The notes under the pieces: generated by a model
Told to the model about the DNA's origin: nothing
Database searches by the model: none
What the model saw: only the letters and a program-made list of their open reading frames with translations
Program-made: the position numbers and the translations under genes
In this document: piece after piece, positions 24,810-33,729 of the stretch
How positions within the stretch are numbered: the first letter of the stretch is position 1
How the letters are laid out: each line of letters opens with the position of its first letter
From: Limnochordia bacterium
GTDB lineage: Bacteria > Bacillota > Limnochordia > DTU080
Direction of reading: 5' to 3'
Length of the DNA stretch: 64,000 bases
Assembly (NCBI GenBank): GCA_050951545.1
Contig: JBMNJG010000011.1
Coordinates: forward strand, 320,001-384,000

Positions 24810-25918
24810 TGGACACGCTCGCGAGACTGGCTCGGTAGTCGGACAGATGCACCCGGATTGGTACGTGAGTCGGGGCCAAGAATCCGACCGTGATGGCAAA
24901 ATAGCCGCCCCATCAACCCCTGGGCGCAATGTACGTGGTAAAAGTGCAGCGATGCGGCCTTCGCGAAGCCCTTTTTGCTCATTTTGATCGCCCGAAGGGC
25001 TCTTTTCCCCGCCAAGAGCACGCTTTCCCGTCTCATGGCCCTTCTGGAGCTACCGGGCAGTACATAACCGAACAGTGTCGATCGCCTTTTTCCACTCAGT
25101 CGATGGGGTCAGCTCCCCAGTGCGCGATCACAGCGGGCTCGCTCGGGTCCCTCTGCGAACCGACCCTTCGGTGTTAACCCGGTGGGTGTGTTTCGAAAAG
25201 GGTGGACGGACACCATGCACACCCTCGCGAGACTCGCTCGGTAGTCGGACAGATGCACCCGCATTGGTACGTGAGTCGGGGTCAAGAATCCGACCGTGAT
25301 GGCAAAAGAGCCGCCTCATTAACCCCCGGGGCCAATGTACGTGGTAAAAGTGCAGCGATGCGGCCTTCGCGAAGCCCTTTTGGTTGGTTTGGACGGCCTG
25401 AAGGGCTCTTTCCCCCCAAAAAGAGCGCGCTTTCCCGCCCTGGCGGCCCTTCTGGGGCTACCACGCAGCACATAACCGAACGGTAGTGACTGCCTTTTTC
25501 CACTCAGTCGATGGGGTCAGCTCCCCAGTGCGCGATCACAGCGGCTCGCTCGGGTCCCTCTGCGAACCGACCCTTCAGTGTTAACCCGGTCGGTGCATTT
25601 GGAAGAGAATGGACGGATCAATGGACACGCTCGCGAGACTGGCTCGGTAGTCGGACAGATGCACCCGGATTGGTACGTGAGTCGGGGCCAAGAATCCGAC
25701 CGTGATGGCAAAATAGCCGCCCCATCAACCCCTGGGCGCAATGTACGTGGTAAAAGTGCAGCGATGCGGCCTTCGCGAAGCCCTTTTTGCTCATTTTGAT
25801 CGCCCGAAGGGCTCTTTTCCCCGCAAAGAGCACGCTTTCCGGCCTTGATGCCTCTTCTGGAGCTGCCGGACGGTACATAACCCGACGGTGGTGGTACCTT
25901 TTTCCCACTCAGTCGATG
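24810..25918. repeat. Tandem array, 406-bp period, ~2.7 copies (units start ~24810, ~25216, ~25622)
   Basis: Anchor TCGCGAGACT at 24819/25225/25631 and GCGATGCGGCC at 24949/25355/25761; all spacings are 406. Confidence 0.97.
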
Positions 25919-26049
25919 ATCCGAGGGGGAAATGCTGTCGACTCCCGGTGGCCACTGGGTCTTAGCTGGCAATGCGCGCGCAGTCAGCGAAGAACTATTG
26001 TCTGTGGAAGGATTCTGGAGCCGAACATAGAATTCAGCATTGAATCAAT

Positions 26050-26063
26050 CGAACACATGGTCG
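26050..26063. promoter_or_regulatory. Putative Firmicutes LexA (Cheo/SOS) box
   Basis: CGAACACATGGTCG matches 13/14 to CGAACRNRYGTTCG; lies between a TAGAAT -10-like hexamer (26028) and the RBS. Confidence 0.55.
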
Positions 26064-26081
26064 TTATGTGAGGTGAGGCCC

Positions 26082-27143
26082 TTGTACTCTCTCTATGTAG
26101 ATGAGGTGAACGTGCCGCTCTCACTGCTACTGACTCGCGAGCTAAAAGCCAGCGAGAAGATCGTTTGGATGGCCTTAACGATGGATGATCAGCTGGAGGA
26201 AAGTTTCCTTTTCTCGCCCAGCCGCCTGGGGCGGCGCACGGGTATGTCCCGGCCTACCGTTCGCAGGGCGACAGCCAAGTTAACCACCGAGGGCTGGTTT
26301 GCTCCACCGGCTAGGCGGGGACCTAGCCAGACCGCGGCACAGAAGCCATCCCCGGATAGGGTCTCCGTACCTGTGGAGTTAGTCATGGCTACTGAAATCC
26401 ATGCACAGGCCAAATTGGTTTATGCCCTACTGCTGTCCAAACCTACGGACCCACCTCGCAAAAGGCAGTTCACATACGCTGAGTTAGCCGGCCGGATGAG
26501 TCTGAGCCCCCAAACCATCAAACACGCGGCTCGTCAGTTGGCCAAGCATGGTTGGCTGGAGATGGAGCAGGCGCACAAGCGGGCACCGATTCGCTTCACT
26601 CTCCACAACCCGGTTGATAAGCGAAATGTAAAAGAAATACTAGACGTGCAGGATGAGCTCCACCGCGCTACGCACCTCGGAGAGGCTCTCATGCAGGCTA
26701 TCTTCTTGGCGCTTGTCGATTGCCTTGACTTCGACGACGGAATGCGCCCAGGTTTCATGAGGAACCCAGCAACTGGCAAGCGTCTGGAGGTCGATCTCTT
26801 CTATTACTTGCACAATACGGCCATGGAGTTCAATGGGGCGCAACACTACCGCGTCACGGAGCGGAATTCGGCTGAGCAGGTCCATAAGCAGCAATGCCGT
26901 GACCAGACCAAACAGCAGATCTGCGCTAAGAAGAAGATCAAGCTGATCGTGATTCAGGCTCACGAGCTGTCCTGCAAGATCATCAAGCGCAAGATTGACA
27001 GGCGGCTGCCATTCCGGCGCGGTCAGGACTTCAACCGGAAGCTCATCAACTATCTCGAGTGTAGATGCGGTGAATACCAGCAAAGAATAGATGAGCGCGG
27101 CTGGGGAACCGCCAGCCAATCTGAGAGAAAGCAAGACGAGTAG
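26082..27143 (+). CDS. Tandem winged-HTH protein with C-terminal Vsr/DUF559-like PD-(D/E)XK nuclease domain
   Basis: TTG 26082 after GAGGTGAGG; two related segments VP.(S/E)L......A..K.V...L...HTH...L...GW; then GEAL...RPGFMRNPATGKRLEVD...MEFNGAQHY...RD..K...C......LIVI. Confidence 0.7.
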   Translation: MYSLYVDEVNVPLSLLLTRELKASEKIVWMALTMDDQLEESFLFSPSRLGRRTGMSRPTVRRATAKLTTEGWFAPPARRGPSQTAAQKPSPDRVSVPVELVMATEIHAQAKLVYALLLSKPTDPPRKRQFTYAELAGRMSLSPQTIKHAARQLAKHGWLEMEQAHKRAPIRFTLHNPVDKRNVKEILDVQDELHRATHLGEALMQAIFLALVDCLDFDDGMRPGFMRNPATGKRLEVDLFYYLHNTAMEFNGAQHYRVTERNSAEQVHKQQCRDQTKQQICAKKKIKLIVIQAHELSCKIIKRKIDRRLPFRRGQDFNRKLINYLECRCGEYQQRIDERGWGTASQSERKQDE

Positions 27144-27457
27144 TCACCTTGGGTCACCTTGTTCGTTTCGTCAGGGCTCACATCGCAGGAGGAGATGAAC
27201 CCTTTATCCGAGGCTGGAGGCCGCTGGCTACCCCATTGGCAGCGGATGCGTAGAAAGCGCCTGTAAGCAGGTTGTTGTTAGGCGCCACAAGCAATCTGGA
27301 ATGCGTTGGAGCCAACTTAGGGCACAGCAGATGCCAAACGTTGCAGCATACTCCCACGGTGAACAGTGGGACGATTTCTGGGAGAGGCCAGGGGCAGCAT
27401 GATTAGTAACGGGTGTTCGCCGCGATTTCACGTGTGCACCCAGCTGCTTGCTTGTGC

Positions 27458-27486
27458 TTGACAGCCGGGAGGTTGAACTGTATGAT
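27458..27486 (+). promoter_or_regulatory. sigmaA promoter of valS leader
   Basis: TTGACA-17 nt-TATGAT. Confidence 0.85.
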
Positions 27487-27504
27487 GTGGAAAACTGGCT
27501 TATT

Positions 27505-27746
27505 GCACGGTGATGAAGGGGAGGAGTAACGGTTCAGCCCCGAAAAAAGAGAGGCTGCCCTTGGCTGGGAGGTAGCCCGGACGGACCGTGAATGTCGCCC
27601 TGGAGCAGCTTATCCCAAAATAGGCCGGGTGCGCCCGTTATCGCGTGTAGCAAGCGCCTTTGGTGCCCCCTTATGTGGTGTCAAAGGAACTAAGGTGGTA
27701 CCGCGCGAGTCTACGCGTCCTTATGGAGGACGCGTTTTTGTTTTTA
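27505..27746 (+). promoter_or_regulatory. T-box riboswitch (Val)
   Basis: Stem I with AGTA, AGAGA and GGCTGGGA motifs; specifier GTC at 27594; T-box AAGGTGGTACCGCG at 27692; terminator ACGCGTCCTT/GAGGACGCGT plus T run. Confidence 0.93.
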
Positions 27747-27783
27747 GCAGTTTGCGGATTAACCGAAGAGGAGGGAGCGCCGC

Positions 27784-30459
27784 ATGGCGCAACGCGTCTT
27801 TTCATCTACTGCAGCTGTGGAGCTACCCAAGGTGTATGATCCAAAGGCAGTGGAGAGCAAATGGTACAAGAGGTGGGAGGAGCGGGGCTACTTCCATGCC
27901 CAGGCTCGTCCCGGACGACCCAAGTTCAGCATGGTCATTCCGCCACCCAATGTGACGGGTTCATTGCACATGGGACATGCACTCAACAACACGTTGCAGG
28001 ATGTCTTACTGCGTTGGCACCGGATGATGGGCCATGACGCCCTTTGGGTTCCGGGCACGGATCACGCTGGAATTGCCACACAGATCAAAGTGGAGGAGCA
28101 CCTGCGCAAAGAAGAGGGTCTCACCCGTCACGATGTGGGGCGTGAGCGCTTCCTGGAGCGCGTCTGGGCCTGGAAAGAGCGATATCACGCAAACATTGTG
28201 GGCCAGCTGAAGACACTGGGTTGTGCGGTGGACTGGCAGCGAGAGCGCTTTACAATGGATGAGGGATGCTCCAAGGCGGTACGTGAGGTCTTCGTTCGGC
28301 TCTATGAGAGGGGCCTCATCTACCAGGGTAGCTACATCGTGAACTGGTGTCCGCACTGCCATACAACACTCTCTGACGTGGAAGTGGAGCATGAGGAAGT
28401 AGAGGGTCACCTGTGGTACATTCGCTATCCTATGGCTTCAGGTGAGGGGTATGCGATGGTTGCCACAACTCGTCCTGAGACCATGCTCGGCGATACGGCC
28501 ATAGCCGTGCATCCTGATGATGAACGCTATGCCGCTCAGGTGGGGCAGAGCGTTGTCTTGCCCCTGATGAATCGCGAGATACCGCTCATCGCAGATAGTT
28601 TCGTAGATCCGGCGTTCGGTACCGGCATGGTCAAGGTGACGCCAGCCCATGATCCGAATGACTGCGAGATGGGCGAACGCCACGGACTGGCCCGCATTCA
28701 GGTGATTGACGAAGATGGTTGTATGAACTCTGAAGCCGGGGCCTATGCTGGTCTGGAGCGCTATGCGTGTCGGGATAGCGTTGTTGCTGACCTGGAGAAG
28801 CAAGGCTTTCTGGTCAAGGTGGAGGATCATCTGCACGCAGTGGGTCACTGCTATCGCTGTGGCACGGTGGTAGAACCCCTGATCTCTAAGCAGTGGTTTG
28901 TCCGTATGAAGCCCTTGGCAGGTCCTGCTATCGAGGCGGTGCAGCGGGGCGACATCCGTTTTATCCCTGAGCGCTTTGCGAAGCAGTACCTGCACTGGAT
29001 GGAGAACACCCGAGACTGGTGTATCTCGCGCCAGTTGTGGTGGGGTCATCGCATTCCAGTTTGGACCTGTCAGGCTTGTGGAGAGCAGTTTGCTTCGAAA
29101 CACGACCCGGAGAAGTGCCCCGTATGTGCCGAAGCGCGACTAGAACAAGACCCGGATGTGCTCGATACCTGGTTTAGCTCTGCTCTCTGGCCTTTCTCAA
29201 CATTGGGGTGGCCGGACCAGACGGAAGACCTTGCCGATTTTTATCCTACTTCGGTCTTGGTTACGGCGTATGACATCATCACTTTCTGGGTGGCTCGCAT
29301 GATCTTTTCGGGTCTGGAGCACACAGGGCAAAAGCCCTTCCACGAGGTGCTGGTGCATGGGCTTGTGCGTGACGCATTGGGCCGAAAAATGAGTAAGTCG
29401 CTGGGCAATGGCGTAGATCCGCTCGAGGTGATCGACGAGAACGGCGCGGACGCGTTGCGCTTCACACTGCTTACGGGTGTGGCTCCGGGTAACGACACGC
29501 GCTATCATCCAGAGCGTACCGAAGCCAATCGGAACTATGCCAACAAGATCTGGAATGCCTCTCGCTTTGCTCTGATGAATATGCAGGATTTTCAACCAAC
29601 AGAGCAAGCCTTGACCGAGCTATCGCTCGAGCTTCCTGATCGCTGGATTCTGGCTCGCCTGAATTCGACAGTACGCGAAGTGAGCCGCCATCTGTCACGC
29701 TACGATTTCGGTGAGGGTGCACGGGCTCTGTACGACTTCATGTGGAGCGAAGTATGCGACTGGTATATCGAAGCTGTGAAACCGAGGCTGTACGGGCAGT
29801 ACGGTGCGGAGAGTCGCCGGACAGCTCAGAGCGTGCTTTGGCAGGTGCTTTTGCGCACTTTGGAGCTACTACACCCCTTCATGCCGTTTATCACGGAAGA
29901 GATATGGCAACACCTTCCTCATGAAGGCGAATCGATCATGCTAGCATCGTGGCCTGTCGAGGTTCCAGAGTGGGAAGATGGCGACGCGGTGGAGCAGATG
30001 GGGGTGGTGATGGACGTAGTGCGAGCCATCCGCAACATGCGCTCTGAGAAGACGGTGTCTCCCGAGAAGGCCATTCAGGCCATTCTCCATGCCGATGCGG
30101 GGAAGACCGCTATCTTGTCCGAAAACCGGGAGACAGTAATGCATTTGGCGCATCTGTCGGAGTTGGCGCTTGAGGGAGTGGATCATGCTAAGCCGGACCA
30201 AGCATTGGCGGCGGTGGCCGCGGGAGTTGAGGTATTCTTACCTCTAGCGGGCTTGGTTGACATTGACGAGGAGTTAGCTCGGCTACAGAAGGAGCTAGCA
30301 GAGGTTGATGAGCATCTGGCGCGTACTCGCGCTCGTCTCAGCAATCCGGGCTTTGTGAACAAGGCCCCTGCGCAGGTGGTGGAGGGTGCACGCCGCCAGC
30401 TAAGCGACTTGGAGGAGCGAAGAGCGAAACTGGCTGCAACGCTTGCCGATCTGCAGTGA
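27784..30459 (+). CDS. valS: Valyl-tRNA synthetase
   Basis: [38 protein letters not shown]-terminal coiled coil. Confidence 0.99.
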   Translation: MAQRVFSSTAAVELPKVYDPKAVESKWYKRWEERGYFHAQARPGRPKFSMVIPPPNVTGSLHMGHALNNTLQDVLLRWHRMMGHDALWVPGTDHAGIATQIKVEEHLRKEEGLTRHDVGRERFLERVWAWKERYHANIVGQLKTLGCAVDWQRERFTMDEGCSKAVREVFVRLYERGLIYQGSYIVNWCPHCHTTLSDVEVEHEEVEGHLWYIRYPMASGEGYAMVATTRPETMLGDTAIAVHPDDERYAAQVGQSVVLPLMNREIPLIADSFVDPAFGTGMVKVTPAHDPNDCEMGERHGLARIQVIDEDGCMNSEAGAYAGLERYACRDSVVADLEKQGFLVKVEDHLHAVGHCYRCGTVVEPLISKQWFVRMKPLAGPAIEAVQRGDIRFIPERFAKQYLHWMENTRDWCISRQLWWGHRIPVWTCQACGEQFASKHDPEKCPVCAEARLEQDPDVLDTWFSSALWPFSTLGWPDQTEDLADFYPTSVLVTAYDIITFWVARMIFSGLEHTGQKPFHEVLVHGLVRDALGRKMSKSLGNGVDPLEVIDENGADALRFTLLTGVAPGNDTRYHPERTEANRNYANKIWNASRFALMNMQDFQPTEQALTELSLELPDRWILARLNSTVREVSRHLSRYDFGEGARALYDFMWSEVCDWYIEAVKPRLYGQYGAESRRTAQSVLWQVLLRTLELLHPFMPFITEEIWQHLPHEGESIMLASWPVEVPEWEDGDAVEQMGVVMDVVRAIRNMRSEKTVSPEKAIQAILHADAGKTAILSENRETVMHLAHLSELALEGVDHAKPDQALAAVAAGVEVFLPLAGLVDIDEELARLQKELAEVDEHLARTRARLSNPGFVNKAPAQVVEGARRQLSDLEERRAKLAATLADLQ

Positions 30460-30494
30460 TCCGCGAATATGTGCGGGATGAGGGGTGATCTGTG

Positions 30495-31865
30495 ATGAGC
30501 CAGGCAGCAGCCGTTAGCGAAGCATTGGCGTACTTGGCGGGATTGGCAAAATTCGGAATTCGTCCGACGCTCGAGCGCATGCGCGTGATGCTGGCAGCTT
30601 TGGATAGTCCTCATGCTCGGTACCCTGTGGTACACGTTGCAGGTACCAATGGCAAAGGATCAACGGCGCGCTTCATCGCTGGGGCTCTTCAGGAATCCGG
30701 GCTTCAGACGGGGCTGTTTACCTCGCCTCATCTCATGCGCTACAACGAGCGACTGATGATCCAGGGAGTTCCCATCTCAGATGACGAGCTGCTGTCTTTG
30801 GTAGACGAAGTGCGTCCTCTAGCGGAGGAGACTGCCCGTACAGTCGGACATCCGACAGAGTTTGAGATCACTACTGTCATGGCTTTCTCGTACTTTGCCC
30901 GGCGCGCGGTGGATGTGGCCGTCATTGAGGTGGGTATGGGGGGGACATGGGACTCAACGAACGTCGTTGATCCGTGCCTGAGTGTGATCACTCCTGTAGC
31001 GATGGACCATATGGATAGATTGGGTAGCACTCTTGCCGAGATTGCCGCGCAGAAGGCTGGAGTCATTAAGCCCGGTCGTCCAGTGGTGGTAGCCGCCCAA
31101 GACGACGAAGCTGCACAGGTGATAGTCGCCAGTGCGCGAGCTCAGCAATCTGCAGTGACCTGGGTATGCGAGGACGCGGGGGCGCCGAACGCTCTGTGCG
31201 ATAGTCGTTTTACGCCTATCGCCTGGGATCTCACGGGCGGCCGCTTCAATCTCGACAGCTATGGGCAGCGGTGGATGAATGTGCGAGTCGGTATGTTGGG
31301 GTATCACCAGATGGCCAACGCTGCTTTGGCCGCGGTGGCCTGTCAACGCTTGCAGCAGCTGGGTTTCCCTGTCTGTGAAGAACATGTGCGAACAGCTGCC
31401 AACTCAGTTCGCTGGCCGGGTCGGCTTGAGCTTTTGCAGGAGTCTCCCTGTCTACTGCTCGATGGGGCGCACAATGCCCAAGGCGCCCGAGCTTTGGCCA
31501 AGGCTCTTGGGCAGCTGTTTGCAGATCGGCGGAGAGTCTTGGTCTTGGGCATGATGGCCGAAAAACAGGTGGATGAGGTTCTTTCGGCTCTGTTGCCGGA
31601 AGCCTCTGCGGTGTACTGCACAGCGCCAGCCTCTAGCCGAACAGCCCCTCTGCTGCCTGCACACTTGGCCCAGCGCGTCAAGCGGGCGGCTGAGGAGCTG
31701 GGCCTGAAGAACAGGTTGGTCAGTGCGCGAGATGATGCGTGGTCAGCTGTGCAGCAGGCTCTCGGTGAATCAGGATCAGACGATGTGGTCTGCGTATGTG
31801 GTTCACTCTACCTCGTAGGGGAAGTACGAGGGGCTTGGGAGAGAGCAAACGCCGCAACGCTCTAG
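30495..31865 (+). CDS. folC: Folylpolyglutamate/dihydrofolate synthase
   Basis: HVAGTNGKGS, TSPHL, EVGMGG..DSTN, WPGRLE, DGAHN, GSLYLVG. Confidence 0.96.
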   Translation: MSQAAAVSEALAYLAGLAKFGIRPTLERMRVMLAALDSPHARYPVVHVAGTNGKGSTARFIAGALQESGLQTGLFTSPHLMRYNERLMIQGVPISDDELLSLVDEVRPLAEETARTVGHPTEFEITTVMAFSYFARRAVDVAVIEVGMGGTWDSTNVVDPCLSVITPVAMDHMDRLGSTLAEIAAQKAGVIKPGRPVVVAAQDDEAAQVIVASARAQQSAVTWVCEDAGAPNALCDSRFTPIAWDLTGGRFNLDSYGQRWMNVRVGMLGYHQMANAALAAVACQRLQQLGFPVCEEHVRTAANSVRWPGRLELLQESPCLLLDGAHNAQGARALAKALGQLFADRRRVLVLGMMAEKQVDEVLSALLPEASAVYCTAPASSRTAPLLPAHLAQRVKRAAEELGLKNRLVSARDDAWSAVQQALGESGSDDVVCVCGSLYLVGEVRGAWERANAATL

Positions 31866-31967
31866 AGGAGTACGCTTGGCGCGCGTGGTAATCTCCATTG
31901 AAAGCCAATGGGGAGTAGGCGTGGCCCGCCGACATGCCCGCACAACAACCACTGGAGGCTGATCCAC

Positions 31968-32522
31968 TTGGCTAAAAAACGACGGGGGCGGCACAAGAAG
32001 AAGACCATCACCCCCTTGATGACAGTGCTTGTCGTTTGTGCTGTCGCCGTTTCAATGACGTTTCTCGGGTACAGAATAGGGCAGGTGACGATTCGCGAAC
32101 TAACCAAGCCTCATGTGACAGATGAGAAGGTGCCGGACAAGTCGGCAGAGCCCGCAGCGACAGAAAATCGTGACGCTAGGAAGCCAGCCGCATCTTCGGA
32201 CGTGGGTCGTGTGGTTGAGCCTCCCAAGTCAGCGCCACAGCCTGCGGCCGACGCGCCAGCGGCACCTCAGGATAACTCGACTAACGCTGAGCCTGATCTG
32301 TGGCGGGTGCGTGTGGGGAGCTTTGCTGTGCGTGAGGAGGCAGAAACGGCCCTGCAGAAGGTACGCGATTTCGCGCCCGAAGCTTTTGTGGTCCGTGATG
32401 GAGTCTATCGTTTACAGGCAGGTGCCTTTGTAGAACGGGAGCGGGCTGAGGCCCTGGCCGATTCGCTGGCGCAGCGTGGTCTGGCTCCCGAGATGATCGC
32501 CCCCAAGAGTGCGGAACGCTGA
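31968..32522 (+). CDS. Single-TM SPOR-domain protein
   Basis: Basic N-terminus, TM, Pro/Ala linker, WRVRVGSF and YRLQAGAF repeats. Confidence 0.85.
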   Translation: MAKKRRGRHKKKTITPLMTVLVVCAVAVSMTFLGYRIGQVTIRELTKPHVTDEKVPDKSAEPAATENRDARKPAASSDVGRVVEPPKSAPQPAADAPAAPQDNSTNAEPDLWRVRVGSFAVREEAETALQKVRDFAPEAFVVRDGVYRLQAGAFVERERAEALADSLAQRGLAPEMIAPKSAER

Positions 32523-32613
32523 CGACCGGGTGGTTTGGTTCTTGCAGCGGGCCATGGGCGAATAGGATGTAGAGTATCTCGCCATGACCATGCAAGGAGG
32601 GGGCTAGCTATTC

Positions 32614-33717
32614 GTGCTCCGGCAGGGCGGGTTTTTCGGTGTTAGGCCAGTCATTGCCATACGCTTGGCTGTCTGGGGCCGTCAGTGGCGCATGTGGGCC
32701 GCAGATGCGTGGACCTGGAGAGCCCCTGGTGCTTGGCCGCGGCTGCGTCTTCGCCGTCTGCGCTGTGTACTGCACGCTGTGTTGGCCATGACGGCGCTGT
32801 ACTTTTTTGCTGGTTGGTTCAGCGGTTCCTCGAATCCGCCTTCATCGGGCATGCATGTGGCAGTGTGGCGGGAGGACGCTAAGAGAATCCAGGTTATGGA
32901 AATAGAGGAGTATCTTCGTGGTGTCGTGGCCGCCGAAATGCCAGCCGGCTTTCACCTTGAGGCGCTGAAGGCACAAGCGGTTGCAGCTCGCACGTATGCC
33001 ATCTATACCATAGCCAGTAGATCGAGCGTGCCCGGTCGCCCGGGCGCTGTGCTCAGCACCGACCATCGCGTGGATCAGGCCTGGCTATCAGAGGATGCCT
33101 TGAGACGCCAATGGGGTTTTTTGGAGTTCTATTGGCGCTGGCGGCGGATATGCAGTGCTGTAGATGATACACGGGGGATGATACTGACCTATGCTGGCGA
33201 CCCCATTCTAGCCGTATTTCACTCTGACAGTGGAGGGGTCACCGAGGATTCTGAGAACTGCTGGTCGCAGAGGGTTCCTTACTTGCGCAGCGTAGTAGAT
33301 CCTGTCACAGTAGCGTCACCCCATCGGGACGTGAAGCATGTAGTATCGCGAAGCGAACTGTTGGCGAAGGCCAGGGCACTTCCAGCAGTCTCCGCTGCAG
33401 TAGCAGCGACGGCAAAGGCGAAGGGAAGCAGTGGTACGATAGAGGTTATTGAGCGGTATCCGTCGGGTCGAGTCAAGGTGGTTCGGGTGGGCGATAAGTA
33501 TGTCTCGGGGCGTGACTTGCGTGAGGCACTGCAGCTTCGCTCGGCCTGGTTTGAAGTATCCGAGAAGGGTTCGGAAGTGCACTTTGTGCAGCGAGGCAAC
33601 GGCCACGGGGTAGGGATGTCACAGTATGGAGCGAATGCCTATGCCCGCCAGGGTGCCGACTTTCGCAGCATTCTGGAGCATTACTATTCTGGAGTGGAGC
33701 TTACTGCGTGGTATTAG
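32614..33717 (+). CDS. spoIID: Stage II sporulation protein D (start uncertain)
   Basis: EEYLRGVVAAEMP, EALKAQAVAARTY, PYLRSV, GHGVGMSQYGA. Confidence 0.9.
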   Translation: MLRQGGFFGVRPVIAIRLAVWGRQWRMWAADAWTWRAPGAWPRLRLRRLRCVLHAVLAMTALYFFAGWFSGSSNPPSSGMHVAVWREDAKRIQVMEIEEYLRGVVAAEMPAGFHLEALKAQAVAARTYAIYTIASRSSVPGRPGAVLSTDHRVDQAWLSEDALRRQWGFLEFYWRWRRICSAVDDTRGMILTYAGDPILAVFHSDSGGVTEDSENCWSQRVPYLRSVVDPVTVASPHRDVKHVVSRSELLAKARALPAVSAAVAATAKAKGSSGTIEVIERYPSGRVKVVRVGDKYVSGRDLREALQLRSAWFEVSEKGSEVHFVQRGNGHGVGMSQYGANAYARQGADFRSILEHYYSGVELTAWY

Positions 33718-33729
33718 GGAGGTTAGTTC

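Noticed and set aside
24810-25918. CRISPR array
   Set aside because: Units are 406 bp and align along their whole length; there is no short repeat/unique spacer alternation and no cas gene.
24396-26071. Short ORFs in the repeat region (e.g. 24629-25036, 25202-25486, 25517-25972)
   Set aside because: They change frame from unit to unit, occur on both strands, and lack RBSs or recognisable motifs; they are by-products of the repeat.
27143-27161. GTCACCTTG twice right after the nuclease stop
   Set aside because: No matching copy was seen at the left side of the island, so it cannot be called a target-site duplication or element end.
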